From: an uncultured bacterium
Lineage (GTDB): Bacteria; Bacillota_I; Bacilli_A; RF39; UBA660
DNA: 64,000 bases
Assembly (NCBI GenBank): GCA_945935525.1
Contig: CAMERI010000004.1
Location: forward strand, 9,645 to 73,644
Direction: 5' to 3'
A model generated the notes under the pieces. The model had not been told where the DNA came from. It did no database searches and was given only the letters and a program-made list of their open reading frames with translations. Shown piece by piece: positions 51,137 through 61,702 of the stretch. Every line of letters begins with the position of its first letter. Position 1 is the stretch's first letter. The position numbers were made by a program, and so were the translations under genes.

Positions 51137-51883
51137 ATGATAGATTCACATGCTCATATATTAAGTGAATATTATGATGACATAGGTTCATTCATAGAAA
51201 ATTTAAAAGATAAAAATGTATTAAAAGTAATAAATTGTGCTGACTCAATACCTACATCAAAAGAAGTACTAGATTTATATAAAAAATATGATGGTTACTT
51301 AGTACCAGCTATAGGTATACATCCAGAAAATGTAGATTTAAAAGAAAATACTATTGAAGCACTAGAAGAGTTATTAAAAGAGAATAAAGTAGTTGCAATA
51401 GGTGAAATAGGACTCGACTATAACTTTAATGATGAAAATAAAGAAGAACAAAAAGAATTATTTAATAAGCAACTAGATCTAGCTGAAAAATACAACCTAC
51501 CAATAATAGTTCATACGAGAGATTCTATTCAAGATTGCTTTGATATATTAAAGAAAAGAAAACTAAAAGGTGTAATTCATTGTTATAGTGGAAGTATTGA
51601 AATGGCAAGAGAATTTATAAAACTAGGATACAAACTAGGTATAGGTGGAGTATTAACATTTAAAAATGCTAAACTTTATCAAGTGGTTGAACAACTAGAT
51701 ATGAAAGATATTCTTCTAGAAACAGATAGTCCATTCTTATCTCCAGAACCATATAGAGGAAGAAAAAATAAACCATCTAACGTACTTTATGTAGCTAAAA
51801 GAATAGCTGAACTAAAGAATATACCATTAAAAGATGTAATGAAAATGACTACGGCTAACGTAAAAGACATTTTTGACATTTAA
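51137..51883 (+). CDS. tatD: TatD-family DNase
   Basis: DSHAH, GIHP, GEIGLD, HTR, HCYSG, LETDSP. Confidence 0.95.
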   Translation: MIDSHAHILSEYYDDIGSFIENLKDKNVLKVINCADSIPTSKEVLDLYKKYDGYLVPAIGIHPENVDLKENTIEALEELLKENKVVAIGEIGLDYNFNDENKEEQKELFNKQLDLAEKYNLPIIVHTRDSIQDCFDILKKRKLKGVIHCYSGSIEMAREFIKLGYKLGIGGVLTFKNAKLYQVVEQLDMKDILLETDSPFLSPEPYRGRKNKPSNVLYVAKRIAELKNIPLKDVMKMTTANVKDIFDI

Positions 51884-51922
51884 ATATACATATTATATAA
51901 TTTAATTACGAAGAGGTAATTA

Positions 51923-52474
51923 ATGAAGGAGTATATTAAAAGTAGAATATTAATGACTTTTGAAGCAATAATAATATGTTCTTTAATACTATTATTAAAT
52001 AAGGGCTCTTATGAAAAGAGTTCTCTTTCTATTGCTTTAAATGATACTATAGATAAATCTATTGATAAGGATGTAATCCAACAAACACAAAATACACTTT
52101 ATCAAGAAGGAATACAAAATCCACTTTATACATTTATAGGAGAACTAACTGGTTATACTGGTGACTGTCCATTATGTTCAGGATACCTAGCTTGTCCTCC
52201 AAGAACAAATGTAATAAAAGAAGGAATTTACTTTAATGATAAAAAATATGGAAAAGTTAGAATTGTTGCCAGTAGTAAAAACTATCAATGTGGAACAATA
52301 TTAAAATTTAATGTAGGAAAACTATCAGATGAACCAATGATCGCAATAGTACTAGATAGAGGTGTAAGTGGTAATGTAATAGACTTACTTACAGATAGTC
52401 AAGATTACGCAGTTAAAAAAATAGGTAGAGTTAGAAACCTAGAATTCGAAGTATTAAGAGAAGGATGGAAATAA
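51923..52474 (+). CDS. Membrane-anchored 3D-domain-like (YabE-like) cell-wall protein
   Basis: TGY..DCPLCSG, RIVA, AIVLDRG..GNVIDL; position of yabE. Confidence 0.6.
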   Translation: MKEYIKSRILMTFEAIIICSLILLLNKGSYEKSSLSIALNDTIDKSIDKDVIQQTQNTLYQEGIQNPLYTFIGELTGYTGDCPLCSGYLACPPRTNVIKEGIYFNDKKYGKVRIVASSKNYQCGTILKFNVGKLSDEPMIAIVLDRGVSGNVIDLLTDSQDYAVKKIGRVRNLEFEVLREGWK

Positions 52475-52475
52475 T

Positions 52476-53249
52476 ATGAAATTTGACTATAAAAAATCTT
52501 TAGGACAAAACTTCTTAAAAGATAAAAATATTATTAATAAAATAGCTAACTCTATAAACCCTACGAAAGATGACTTAATAATAGAAATAGGTCCAGGTGC
52601 CGGAGCACTTACTAAAGAACTAGTAAAAAAAGAATCAGATGTCATTTGTTTTGAAATAGATACAAGACTAAAGGAAATACTAGAACAAATAGATAATAAT
52701 AAGCTAACAATAGTATTTAAAGACTTCTTATCTATTAATATAAATGAATATATTGATCAAAATAAATATAAAAATCTTTACTTTGTAGGTAATTTACCTT
52801 ATTATATAACAACTGCGATTATAAACAAAATAGTAAAAGAATCTAACCCATACGAAATAACAATAATGGTTCAAAAAGAAGTAGCTGATAGATTCAGTGC
52901 TAAACCAGGAACTAAAGACTACGGTTCCATAAGTGTATTCTTACAATATAATTTTGATATTGAAAGAGTATGCAACGTAAGTAAAACTTGTTTTGAACCA
53001 GTACCAAAAGTAGATAGTTCAGTTATTAAATTTAAAAGAAATAAAAAAATAACTTCTAATAACGAAGAACAATTCTATAAACTTATAAAGGATTCATTTA
53101 CTCAAAAAAGAAAGAATTTAAGAAATAATCTTAAAGGATACGACCTAAATAAAATAGAAACAATATTACAAAAACACAATAAAGACTTAACATCAAGAGC
53201 AGAACAACTATCTATAGAAGAATTTATAGATATATCAAATAACATATAA
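52476..53249 (+). CDS. rsmA: 16S rRNA dimethyladenosine transferase
   Basis: KSLGQNFL, EIGPGAG, NLPYYIT, MVQKEV, PVPKVDS. Confidence 0.97.
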   Translation: MKFDYKKSLGQNFLKDKNIINKIANSINPTKDDLIIEIGPGAGALTKELVKKESDVICFEIDTRLKEILEQIDNNKLTIVFKDFLSININEYIDQNKYKNLYFVGNLPYYITTAIINKIVKESNPYEITIMVQKEVADRFSAKPGTKDYGSISVFLQYNFDIERVCNVSKTCFEPVPKVDSSVIKFKRNKKITSNNEEQFYKLIKDSFTQKRKNLRNNLKGYDLNKIETILQKHNKDLTSRAEQLSIEEFIDISNNI

Positions 53250-53256
53250 TTATGAA

Positions 53257-53970
53257 ATGCTAAATAAAATTATAAGAATAATAAACATACTAGAAGTAAT
53301 AGTCTTAATACTACTACTTTCTTTTAGTACGATAAAAATTATCACTTGGAACAAAGAGAACTTTGAAACAAAAGAACTAATAAAAGAAATAAATACATAT
53401 AAAGAATCAAAAAATGATACACCAAATTTAAAAGATTCTAAGAGTAAAAACAACGATACAATTGGATGGATAAAAGTAAATAATACTAACATAGATTATC
53501 CATTCGTACAATCAAATGACAATAATTATTACTTAACACACAACTTTAATAAAAAGAAAACATCATCTGGATGGGTATTTTTAGATAAAAGAAATAATAA
53601 AAACTTAAATAATAAAAATAATATAATATATGGTCACTCAAGAAAAGATAAATCAATGTTTGGTACTTTAAAAGACACTCTAAATAAAAAGTGGTATAAG
53701 AACAAAGATAATCTAATCATCAAAATAACAACTGAAACTAAAGAATATAATTATGAAATATTTTCAATTTATACCATTGAAAAAGAAAATTATTACTTAC
53801 AAACAGTCTTTAAAACATCAAAAGAATATAAGACTTTTCTAAATATTTTAAAAGAAAGAAGTATTTATAATTTTAATATTAATTTAGAAAATACAACTTC
53901 AATCCTAACACTAAGTACTTGCTATAAAGAAAATCAAAGAGTAGTAGTCCACGCTAAGTTAACAAACTAA
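53257..53970 (+). CDS. srtB: Class B sortase
   Basis: N-terminal TM, GWI...IDYP.VQ..DN.YYL, IYGH..MFG, TLSTC, RVVVHA. Confidence 0.88.
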   Translation: MLNKIIRIINILEVIVLILLLSFSTIKIITWNKENFETKELIKEINTYKESKNDTPNLKDSKSKNNDTIGWIKVNNTNIDYPFVQSNDNNYYLTHNFNKKKTSSGWVFLDKRNNKNLNNKNNIIYGHSRKDKSMFGTLKDTLNKKWYKNKDNLIIKITTETKEYNYEIFSIYTIEKENYYLQTVFKTSKEYKTFLNILKERSIYNFNINLENTTSILTLSTCYKENQRVVVHAKLTN

Positions 53971-54013
53971 TGCATAATTTCAAAACTTATCCATAAGATT
54001 TAATGGAGGAATT

Positions 54014-54778
54014 ATGTTTAAAATAGGTGATTTAGTTACAAGAAAAAAATATGGTAATGACATCATATTTAAAATTGACAAAATAGAGAATAACGTTATT
54101 TATTTAAAAGGTTTAGATGTAAGACTATATGCTGATACTAAAGAAGATGACTTAATACTTGCTACAATTCCTAAAAAAAAAGAAATAGTTAACCCTGTAA
54201 GAACGTTAAAAACTGATAACTATTTTTATATACCAGGAACTATACTACATCTAGATGGAGATAATGAATACCTAGAAAAATGTATGAATTTCTACAAAGA
54301 ACAAAAAATTAAATGTTATGGATACACATACAAAGAAAATGAATTCAAAGATAATATAAAGAAACTTCTAATAACACATAATCCAGATATCTTAGTTATA
54401 ACTGGACACGACGCACATTATCAAAAACGAAAGAATAATGAAACATATAAGAATAGCAAATATTTTATAGAAACAGTACTAGAAGCAAGAAAAATAAAAA
54501 AGAATCACGAAGATTTAGTAATTATCGCAGGAGCCTGTCAAAGTGACTATGAAAATATAATAAAAGCTAAATCAACATTCGCATCAAGCCCAAAATCAAT
54601 AAACATACACGCACTAGATCCAGCAATCATTGCATCAACTATCGCTTTAACAGATAAAACAGAAAAGATAGATATAGAAAAACTACTATCAAAAACTAAA
54701 TATGGAAGTGATGGAATAGGTGGAATCATAATTAATGGAATGATGCACACTGGGTATCCAAGAAAGGATAAAAATTGA
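54014..54778 (+). CDS. yabG: Sporulation peptidase YabG
   Basis: LHLDGD, PDILVITGHD, AGACQS, ASSP..IHALDP. Confidence 0.93.
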   Translation: MFKIGDLVTRKKYGNDIIFKIDKIENNVIYLKGLDVRLYADTKEDDLILATIPKKKEIVNPVRTLKTDNYFYIPGTILHLDGDNEYLEKCMNFYKEQKIKCYGYTYKENEFKDNIKKLLITHNPDILVITGHDAHYQKRKNNETYKNSKYFIETVLEARKIKKNHEDLVIIAGACQSDYENIIKAKSTFASSPKSINIHALDPAIIASTIALTDKTEKIDIEKLLSKTKYGSDGIGGIIINGMMHTGYPRKDKN

Positions 54779-54990
54779 ATATAAATAAAATTAAGAATGA
54801 TGTTATTGCTTTAAAAGATACTAAACTAAAAATAAAAGTAAATATCGGAAGAAACAAGTATGAATATTATGAAGGAATAATAGATAAAATATATAATAAT
54901 CTATTTACTATAAAAACTAACAAAGGATTGAAGTCTTATACATACACTGATGTGGCTATAAAGCAAGTAATACTAAGCAAATTTACTTAA
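54775..54990 (+). CDS. veg: Veg-family protein
   Basis: GRNK..EG.I...Y.NLF, SYTYTDV; follows yabG. Confidence 0.88.
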   Translation: MNINKIKNDVIALKDTKLKIKVNIGRNKYEYYEGIIDKIYNNLFTIKTNKGLKSYTYTDVAIKQVILSKFT

Positions 54991-55053
54991 AAAGATTGAT
55001 ATTCAAAAATATTTGTAATATAATTAAATTAACAAAATGTTAAGGAGGTACTT

Positions 55054-55338
55054 ATGGAAATTACATCAGTTAGAATTCGTAAGGTTGAAAGAGAAAATTC
55101 TCGTATGAAAGGAATCGCATCAGTAGTAGTAGACAATGCTATCGCTATTCACGATATTAGAATTATCGAAGGTGATAACGGACTATTCATTGCTATGCCA
55201 AGTCGTAAGACTCCAGTTGGTGAATATAAAGATATAGCTCATCCAATCAACCAAGAAGTAAGAACAATGTTTGAAAAAGCTATTCTTGATGCATATGAAA
55301 ATGCAGAAGATGAAGAAACAAAAGAAGATAACGAATAA
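55054..55338 (+). CDS. spoVG: SpoVG
   Basis: [33 protein letters not shown]. Confidence 0.96.
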   Translation: MEITSVRIRKVERENSRMKGIASVVVDNAIAIHDIRIIEGDNGLFIAMPSRKTPVGEYKDIAHPINQEVRTMFEKAILDAYENAEDEETKEDNE

Positions 55339-55349
55339 TTTGTAATCTT

Positions 55350-55374
55350 AAAGCTACTTAATGTAGCTTTTTTT
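55350..55374 (+). terminator. Terminator after spoVG
   Basis: AAAGCTAC-loop-GTAGCTTT plus T-run. Confidence 0.75.
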
Positions 55375-55421
55375 CATATATTAAATCTTACAGCATAAGA
55401 TTTAATATCGGGGGAAAATAT

Positions 55422-55709
55422 ATGGATAAAAAAGATATAAATGAAACATTCAATCATATGATTACACTAAATGAAAGAAAAAATATAGTACTTTCAGGAA
55501 TAAAAAAATTAAATAGTTTTGATGATTCAGAATTTTTCGTAGATAGTATTATGGGAGCTATTCTCATTAAAGGAGATAATTTAGAACTATTAAAACTTGA
55601 TACATTTCAAGGAACATTATCTATAAAAGGAAAAATAAATTCAGTAAACTATTTAGATGATAACAAAAAAATAAGAACAGAAAATATAATGGCAAGGTTA
55701 TTTAAATAA
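55422..55709 (+). CDS. yabP: Sporulation protein YabP
   Basis: H.ITL.ER..SGI...SFD, G.ILIKG..L, C-terminal RLFK. Confidence 0.9.
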   Translation: MDKKDINETFNHMITLNERKNIVLSGIKKLNSFDDSEFFVDSIMGAILIKGDNLELLKLDTFQGTLSIKGKINSVNYLDDNKKIRTENIMARLFK

Positions 55710-55996
55710 TGGATTTAAATGAACAAATAATCTCATTTATATTTTCTTTTTTATATGGAGTAATTGTACAAAAACTATATCAATTATCATATGAACACAT
55801 ACATACTAAAAAACAAATATATAGTTTTTTAAATAGTTTATTATTTATGATAAATATAACACTAATATATTTTAAGATATTCTATTTAATAAATGATGGA
55901 ATAATAAACACAATTTTTATCATAATAACCATAACTACTTTCTTATACTTTAATAATAAAAATTTACAAAAAAAATGTAAAAATATGTGTAATTAA
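55709..55996 (+). CDS. yabQ: Spore cortex protein YabQ (N-terminal TM domain only)
   Basis: MDL..Q..SF..YG, INDG; between yabP and divIC. Confidence 0.7.
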   Translation: MDLNEQIISFIFSFLYGVIVQKLYQLSYEHIHTKKQIYSFLNSLLFMINITLIYFKIFYLINDGIINTIFIIITITTFLYFNNKNLQKKCKNMCN

Positions 55997-56047
55997 TTGT
56001 ATTTACGTCTATAGAATATTATAATTATAGATGAAAATGGGGTTAAT

Positions 56048-56338
56048 ATGAAAAAGATGAGTCAAAAAACAAAATTTAGAGTGACTTTTTATACAATAGG
56101 CCTTATAATATCTATTGTACTTTGTACAACTTCTTTTTTAACAAACGGACGTCAAATAGTCGATAATAAAAAAGAAATGCAAAAATTAGAACAAGAGTAT
56201 CAAAACAAGCTAGCTGAGGAAGAAGAACTAAAAAATGAAATAAATAAACTACAAGATCCTGAATATATGGCTAGATATGCTCGTGAAAAATACTTATATT
56301 CTAAAAATAATGAAATAATAATTAAAATAGAAGAATAG
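56048..56338 (+). CDS. divIC: Septum formation initiator DivIC
   Basis: TM, coiled coil, DPEY.ARYAREKY.YSK..E. Confidence 0.9.
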   Translation: MKKMSQKTKFRVTFYTIGLIISIVLCTTSFLTNGRQIVDNKKEMQKLEQEYQNKLAEEEELKNEINKLQDPEYMARYAREKYLYSKNNEIIIKIEE

Positions 56339-56349
56339 GAAAAGGCCAA

Positions 56350-57675
56350 ATGGAAGAAGTTTATAATTTTATAAAGAAAGATATAGAATTAAAATCAGAC
56401 GATATAATTGTCATTGGTGTTTCTGGAGGACCAGACTCAATGGCACTTTTATATATAATGAACGAATTTAAAAATAAAATTGGTTTTAAGATTGTATGTG
56501 CTCACGTAAATCATAATAAAAGAGTAGAAAGTGAGCAAGAAAAAATAGATTTAGAAAACTATTGTAAAGAAAACGATATAATATTTGAATACATTAAGAT
56601 AACTAAATGGGGTGACGATAACTTTCATAATGAAGCAAGAAGTGTTAGATATAACTTCTTCGAAGAATTAGTTGAAAATTATGGAGCTAAATATTTAATG
56701 ACAGCTCATCAAGGCGATGACTTAATGGAAACAATCTTAATGCGTATCGTAAGAGGTTCAACATTAAAAGGATATAGTGGATTTAGTAGAATAGTTGATA
56801 AAGGTGACTACAAAATAGTAAGACCACTAATAACTGTTACTAAAGACGAAATAAATAGGTTTGATGAAGAAAATAATATTAAATATGCAATAGATGAATC
56901 AAATAATGAAGATCACTATACAAGAAATAGATATAGACACACAGTACTTCCATTCTTAAAGAATGAAGAACCAAATGTACACAAAAAATTCTTAAAATTT
57001 AGTGAGACATTACTAGAAAATAGTAATTATATTGATTCAGAAGCTAGAAAAGTATTTAATAAAGTATTCCAAAATGGAGCACTAGAAGTAGACAAATTCA
57101 TACAACTAGACCATGTAATTCAAACAAAAATAATTTATAACATACTTGAAAGAATATATGGTGATGATCTTCTAATTATAGGAGATGCTCACGTAGAACT
57201 AATATTTGACTTAATTAATTCAAGTAAATCAAATAGTGTAGTTCACTTACCAAACAATGTTATAGTTATAAAATCATACAACGAACTTACATTTAGTTTT
57301 GATGAAGATGAATATGATACATATGAAATAGAAATAGAAAGAATAGTAAATCTACCAAACGGTAAAATAATAGAAAGAGTTGAAGACAGCAACGATACAT
57401 CAAATTACACAATAAGAATAAATAGTAGTGAGATTAAACTTCCATTATATGTAAGAAATAGAAGAGATGGAGATAAAATGGAAGTAAAAGGAATGAATGG
57501 TAGAAAAAAAATAAGTGATATATTCATCAATGAAAAAATTAAAATAAGTGATAGAAATACATGGCCAGTAGTACTAGATTCAGAAGAAAACATAGTATGG
57601 CTACCAGGAATCAAAAAATCAAAATTTGACAAAAAAAATACAGAAGAGTATGATATAATACTAAGATATTATTAG
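56350..57675 (+). CDS. tilS: tRNA(Ile)-lysidine synthetase
   Basis: SGGPDS, EARSVRY, TAHQGDD..ET, DESN..YTRNRYR. Confidence 0.96.
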   Translation: MEEVYNFIKKDIELKSDDIIVIGVSGGPDSMALLYIMNEFKNKIGFKIVCAHVNHNKRVESEQEKIDLENYCKENDIIFEYIKITKWGDDNFHNEARSVRYNFFEELVENYGAKYLMTAHQGDDLMETILMRIVRGSTLKGYSGFSRIVDKGDYKIVRPLITVTKDEINRFDEENNIKYAIDESNNEDHYTRNRYRHTVLPFLKNEEPNVHKKFLKFSETLLENSNYIDSEARKVFNKVFQNGALEVDKFIQLDHVIQTKIIYNILERIYGDDLLIIGDAHVELIFDLINSSKSNSVVHLPNNVIVIKSYNELTFSFDEDEYDTYEIEIERIVNLPNGKIIERVEDSNDTSNYTIRINSSEIKLPLYVRNRRDGDKMEVKGMNGRKKISDIFINEKIKISDRNTWPVVLDSEENIVWLPGIKKSKFDKKNTEEYDIILRYY

Positions 57676-57692
57676 AAGAAAGGAAGAAAAAA

Positions 57693-59675
57693 ATGAATAT
57701 AAAAAAGAGTAAAAAAACTATGAATTTTATGCCATATTTAATACTATTAATAGTAGTATTTGGAACATACTTATTCATAAATACAGCAGGAACAAAAATA
57801 AACAAATTAGACTATAATCAATTTACAACAGAACTAAGTAGTGGAAAAGTTACAGAGTTAAATGTAACACCAAAAAGTAGTTCAGGAGTATATATACTAA
57901 CAGGAAAGTTAGAAGGATACAAAAAAGGTGAGACATTCTCAGTTCAAGTACCTTATACAGATACAGTAATTTCTACAATATATGAAAATGCTGAAAAGTA
58001 CAACTTAAAAGTTGAAACAAATACAAACCCAGAAAATAGTGTGTGGTTATCAGTATTATTCAATATTGTACCAATCTTTATATTTGGTGTATTCATCTAT
58101 ATGATGCTTATCAAAATGGGTAATAATGGTAAAGGAACATTTGATTTCTCTAAGAGTAGAGCTAAACTATCAGAAGATGGAGGAACTAAAACATTTAAAG
58201 ATGTAGCTGGACTTAAAGAAGAAAAAGAAGAGGTTCAAGAGTTAATAGATTTCCTTAAAAATCCTAAAAAATTCACTAAAATGGGAGCAAGAATTCCAAA
58301 AGGTGTATTATTAGTAGGCCCTCCAGGAACAGGTAAAACATTACTAGCAAAAGCAGTAGCTGGAGAAGCAAAAGTACCATTCTTCTACATAAGTGGTTCA
58401 GACTTTGTAGAATTATTCGTAGGTGTCGGAGCATCTCGTGTAAGAGATATGTTCAAACAAGCTAAACAAACAGCACCATGCTTAATATTTATAGATGAAA
58501 TAGATGCAGTAGGACGTGAAAGAGGAACAGGCTTAGGTGGAGGACACGATGAAAGAGAACAAACACTTAACCAATTACTTTCAGAAATGGATGGTTTCAG
58601 CGAAAATGAAGGAATCATAATCATAGCTGCAACAAATAGACCAGATGTATTAGACCCAGCACTACTTCGTCCAGGAAGATTTGATAGACAAGTAACAGTT
58701 GGAAGACCAGATGTAAGAGAAAGAGAAGAAATACTAAAAGTACATGCTAAAAATAAAATACTTGCTAAAGAAGTTAAATTAAAACATATAGCTGAAAGAA
58801 CTCCAGGATACTCAGGAGCAGACTTAGAAAACTTACTAAACGAAGCAGCACTTCTAGCAGTAAGAAGAAATAAAGAAGCAATCACTATGGATGAAATAGA
58901 TGAAGCTAGTGATAGAGTATTAATGGGACCAGCAAAAACAAGTAGAAAAGTAACTGACTATGAAAAGAAAATTGTATCATACCATGAAGCTGGACATGCA
59001 GTAAGTGGTATAGTACTTCCAAATGGAGAAGAAGTACATAAGATAACAATCATACCTCGTGGTATGGCTGGTGGATATACACAAATGTTACCAAAAGAAG
59101 AAAGAACACTTGTATATACAAAAGACGAGTTAGAAGAACAAATCATAACATTACTTTCAGGTCGTGTTAGTGAAGAAATGTATTGTCATGAACAATCAAC
59201 AGGAGCAAGTGATGACTTTAAGAGAGCTACCAAAATAGCAAGAAGTATGGTAACTGAATATGGTATGTCATCATTAGGACCAGTTCAATTAGAACATAGA
59301 AGCGAAAGTGTATTCTTAGGAAGAGATTACAATCAAACTAAAAACTTCTCAGACAAAGTAGCACATGAAATAGACCAAGAAGTTAGAAAGATTATAGATG
59401 AATGTTATGAAAAAGCTAAAGAAATACTAAGAACTCATAAAAAACTAGTAGACGTTTTAGCAGAAACTCTAATTACTAAAGAAACACTAACTAAAGAAGA
59501 AATAGAAGATTTAGTAGAAGCAAATAGTGATATCAAAATCAAAAGAGAAGAAAAAATGTCAGATCTAATCGAAGAAGATATCAAAGAAGAAAAAGATGCT
59601 AAAGAAGAAACTCAAAACAACGAAGAAACCAAATCAAAAAAAACAAAAACTTCTAAAAAAGAAACTGAAGAGTAG
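57693..59675 (+). CDS. ftsH: ATP-dependent zinc metalloprotease FtsH
   Basis: [26 protein letters not shown]. Confidence 0.98.
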   Translation: MNIKKSKKTMNFMPYLILLIVVFGTYLFINTAGTKINKLDYNQFTTELSSGKVTELNVTPKSSSGVYILTGKLEGYKKGETFSVQVPYTDTVISTIYENAEKYNLKVETNTNPENSVWLSVLFNIVPIFIFGVFIYMMLIKMGNNGKGTFDFSKSRAKLSEDGGTKTFKDVAGLKEEKEEVQELIDFLKNPKKFTKMGARIPKGVLLVGPPGTGKTLLAKAVAGEAKVPFFYISGSDFVELFVGVGASRVRDMFKQAKQTAPCLIFIDEIDAVGRERGTGLGGGHDEREQTLNQLLSEMDGFSENEGIIIIAATNRPDVLDPALLRPGRFDRQVTVGRPDVREREEILKVHAKNKILAKEVKLKHIAERTPGYSGADLENLLNEAALLAVRRNKEAITMDEIDEASDRVLMGPAKTSRKVTDYEKKIVSYHEAGHAVSGIVLPNGEEVHKITIIPRGMAGGYTQMLPKEERTLVYTKDELEEQIITLLSGRVSEEMYCHEQSTGASDDFKRATKIARSMVTEYGMSSLGPVQLEHRSESVFLGRDYNQTKNFSDKVAHEIDQEVRKIIDECYEKAKEILRTHKKLVDVLAETLITKETLTKEEIEDLVEANSDIKIKREEKMSDLIEEDIKEEKDAKEETQNNEETKSKKTKTSKKETEE

Positions 59676-59789
59676 AAATACTCTTTTTCTTTTGATATAA
59701 TATGTAATCAAGCAAGAAGTCAAATAAACTAAAAATACTAAAAATAATATATTGAAAGTGATATAATATAACAAGAAAAGAGGAGCATT

Positions 59790-60338
59790 ATGATATTATT
59801 TATAGATACACATACTGAATTAATAACAATTGCACTTAAAACAAAAAACAATCTATTCATTAAAACAAAAGAAAGTGAATATAGCCATTCAATATACACA
59901 ATGCCTATGATAGAAGAAATATTTAAAGAAAATAATTTAAATGTTCAAGATTTAGATGAAGTAGTAGTAGTTAATGGTCCAGGTAGTTTCACAGGTATAA
60001 GAATAGGTCTTTCAATAGCAAAAACTATCGCATACGCATTAAATTTAAAGATACATACAATATCAAGTTTAAAAGCCTACTTAATAAGTAGTGACTTAAA
60101 AGAAGATAAAATGGCTGTTATAGAAGATAATAAAGGCTATTATATATGTGCATTTGATAAAGATAATAACACAATCGTAGAAGAAACATACAAAGAAGAA
60201 AATCCATATAAATATACTGAAGTAGAACATAAACTAGATATTAATAAAATAATAGAATACGTAGACAAATTTGATAGTGAAAATCCACATCATATAAAAG
60301 CAAACTATATAAAGAAAATAGAGGTAGAAAAAAAATGA
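59790..60338 (+). CDS. tsaB: t6A biosynthesis protein TsaB
   Basis: LFIDT, HS, GPGSFTGIRIG. Confidence 0.93.
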   Translation: MILFIDTHTELITIALKTKNNLFIKTKESEYSHSIYTMPMIEEIFKENNLNVQDLDEVVVVNGPGSFTGIRIGLSIAKTIAYALNLKIHTISSLKAYLISSDLKEDKMAVIEDNKGYYICAFDKDNNTIVEETYKEENPYKYTEVEHKLDINKIIEYVDKFDSENPHHIKANYIKKIEVEKK

Positions 60339-60667
60339 TAGAAAAAGAAATATTAAGCGATACTGATTCAGTTTATAATTACATTGATAACGATAAAGTA
60401 TTAGGATACTTAGAAATAAGACTAGTAGACGGTGTTATAGATATAATGAATATATTCGTAAACGAAGAAAATAGAAAGCAAGGAATAGCAACTTCTCTAA
60501 TGGAAGAAATGTTTAATAAAGAAGACTACAGTAGAATAATGCTTGAAGTAAATGAACATAATGACGACGCAATAAGACTATACAACAAACTTGGATTTAA
60601 AGAAATAAGTTTAAGAGATAGATACTATGGAGAAGATACAGCTATCATAATGGAAAAGGTGAAGTAA
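60335..60667 (+). CDS. rimI: RimI-like GNAT acetyltransferase (short)
   Basis: RKQGIA, LEV..N..AI.LY.KLGF..R.RYY; between tsaB and tsaD. Confidence 0.8.
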   Translation: MIEKEILSDTDSVYNYIDNDKVLGYLEIRLVDGVIDIMNIFVNEENRKQGIATSLMEEMFNKEDYSRIMLEVNEHNDDAIRLYNKLGFKEISLRDRYYGEDTAIIMEKVK

Positions 60668-61680
60668 TGAATGATGTGTATATTTTAGCAGTAGAGTCTT
60701 CTTGTGATGAAACAAGCGTAAGTATAATTAAAAATGGAAAAGAAGATATAGCTACAATAATTAATTCACAAATAGATGTACATACTAAATATGGAGGAGT
60801 AGTTCCAGAAGTAGCAAGTCGTTTGCATTTAGAAAATATAACTATGGTAATAGATGAATGTCTTGAAAAAGCAAATATGAAGTTAGAAGATATGGATGCA
60901 TTTGCTTGTACTTATGCTCCAGGACTCTTAGGTAGTCTTTTAGTAGGAGTAGAAGCAACTAAAGCACTGTCATTCATATATAATAAGCCTTTTATAGCTG
61001 TAAATCATATGATGGGACACATATATGCTAATATGATAGGAAACACTCTAGAATACCCTCTATTATCCCTTATAGTCTCAGGTGGGCATACTGACTTAAT
61101 ATTAATGGAAACAGAAGATTCATTCAAATATTTAGGGCAAACACTAGATGATGCAATAGGTGAAGCATATGATAAAGTTGCAAGAATACTAAATCTTCCA
61201 TATCCAGGAGGACCAAACGTAGAAAAATATGCTTTAGAAGGAAAACCTACATACAAAATGCCAAACATACTTAATGATGACTCATTTAACTTTAGTTTTA
61301 GTGGCATAAAAAGTCATTGCAACAATCTAGTTCATAATGAACATCAAAGAGGCAATGAAATAAATAAACAAGATTTAGCAAGATCATTCCAAGATTGTGT
61401 AACAACACATTTAGTAGATAAAACTAAAAAAGCGTTACTTAAATATAATTTAAAAACACTATTAATTAGTGGAGGAGTAGCAAGTAATTCATATATAAGA
61501 GAATCACTAAAAGAGATGTGTGAAAGTATTGGTGTTACTATGCATATGCCAGAAAAAAAATACTGCACAGATAATGCAGCGATGATAGGAGCAGCAGCAT
61601 ACATTCTATATAAGAATAATAAATTTGCTCCATTAAATACTAATGCTCAAAGTAATATACAACTTACTAACATAAAATAA
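60667..61680 (+). CDS. tsaD: t6A threonylcarbamoyltransferase TsaD
   Basis: ESSCDET, GGVVPE, HMMGH, SGGHT, DDAIGEAYDK, DNAAMI. Confidence 0.97.
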   Translation: MNDVYILAVESSCDETSVSIIKNGKEDIATIINSQIDVHTKYGGVVPEVASRLHLENITMVIDECLEKANMKLEDMDAFACTYAPGLLGSLLVGVEATKALSFIYNKPFIAVNHMMGHIYANMIGNTLEYPLLSLIVSGGHTDLILMETEDSFKYLGQTLDDAIGEAYDKVARILNLPYPGGPNVEKYALEGKPTYKMPNILNDDSFNFSFSGIKSHCNNLVHNEHQRGNEINKQDLARSFQDCVTTHLVDKTKKALLKYNLKTLLISGGVASNSYIRESLKEMCESIGVTMHMPEKKYCTDNAAMIGAAAYILYKNNKFAPLNTNAQSNIQLTNIK

Positions 61681-61702
61681 AAACTCTTCATCAAAGAGTT
61701 TT
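61680..61702. terminator. Bidirectional terminator between tsaD and the GtrA gene
   Basis: AAAACTCTT / AAGAGTTTT inverted repeat. Confidence 0.7.

Noticed and set aside
35105-60338. Mycoplasma-type genetic code (TGA = Trp)
   Set aside because: recF, holB, the YabB-like gene and tsaB end at TGA at the expected lengths; Trp is TGG
2384-61604. Many short antisense ORFs inside core genes (e.g. 2384-2695, 25733-26152, 38986-39396, 58385-58885)
   Set aside because: Shadows of well-supported genes on the opposite strand; no recognisable motifs
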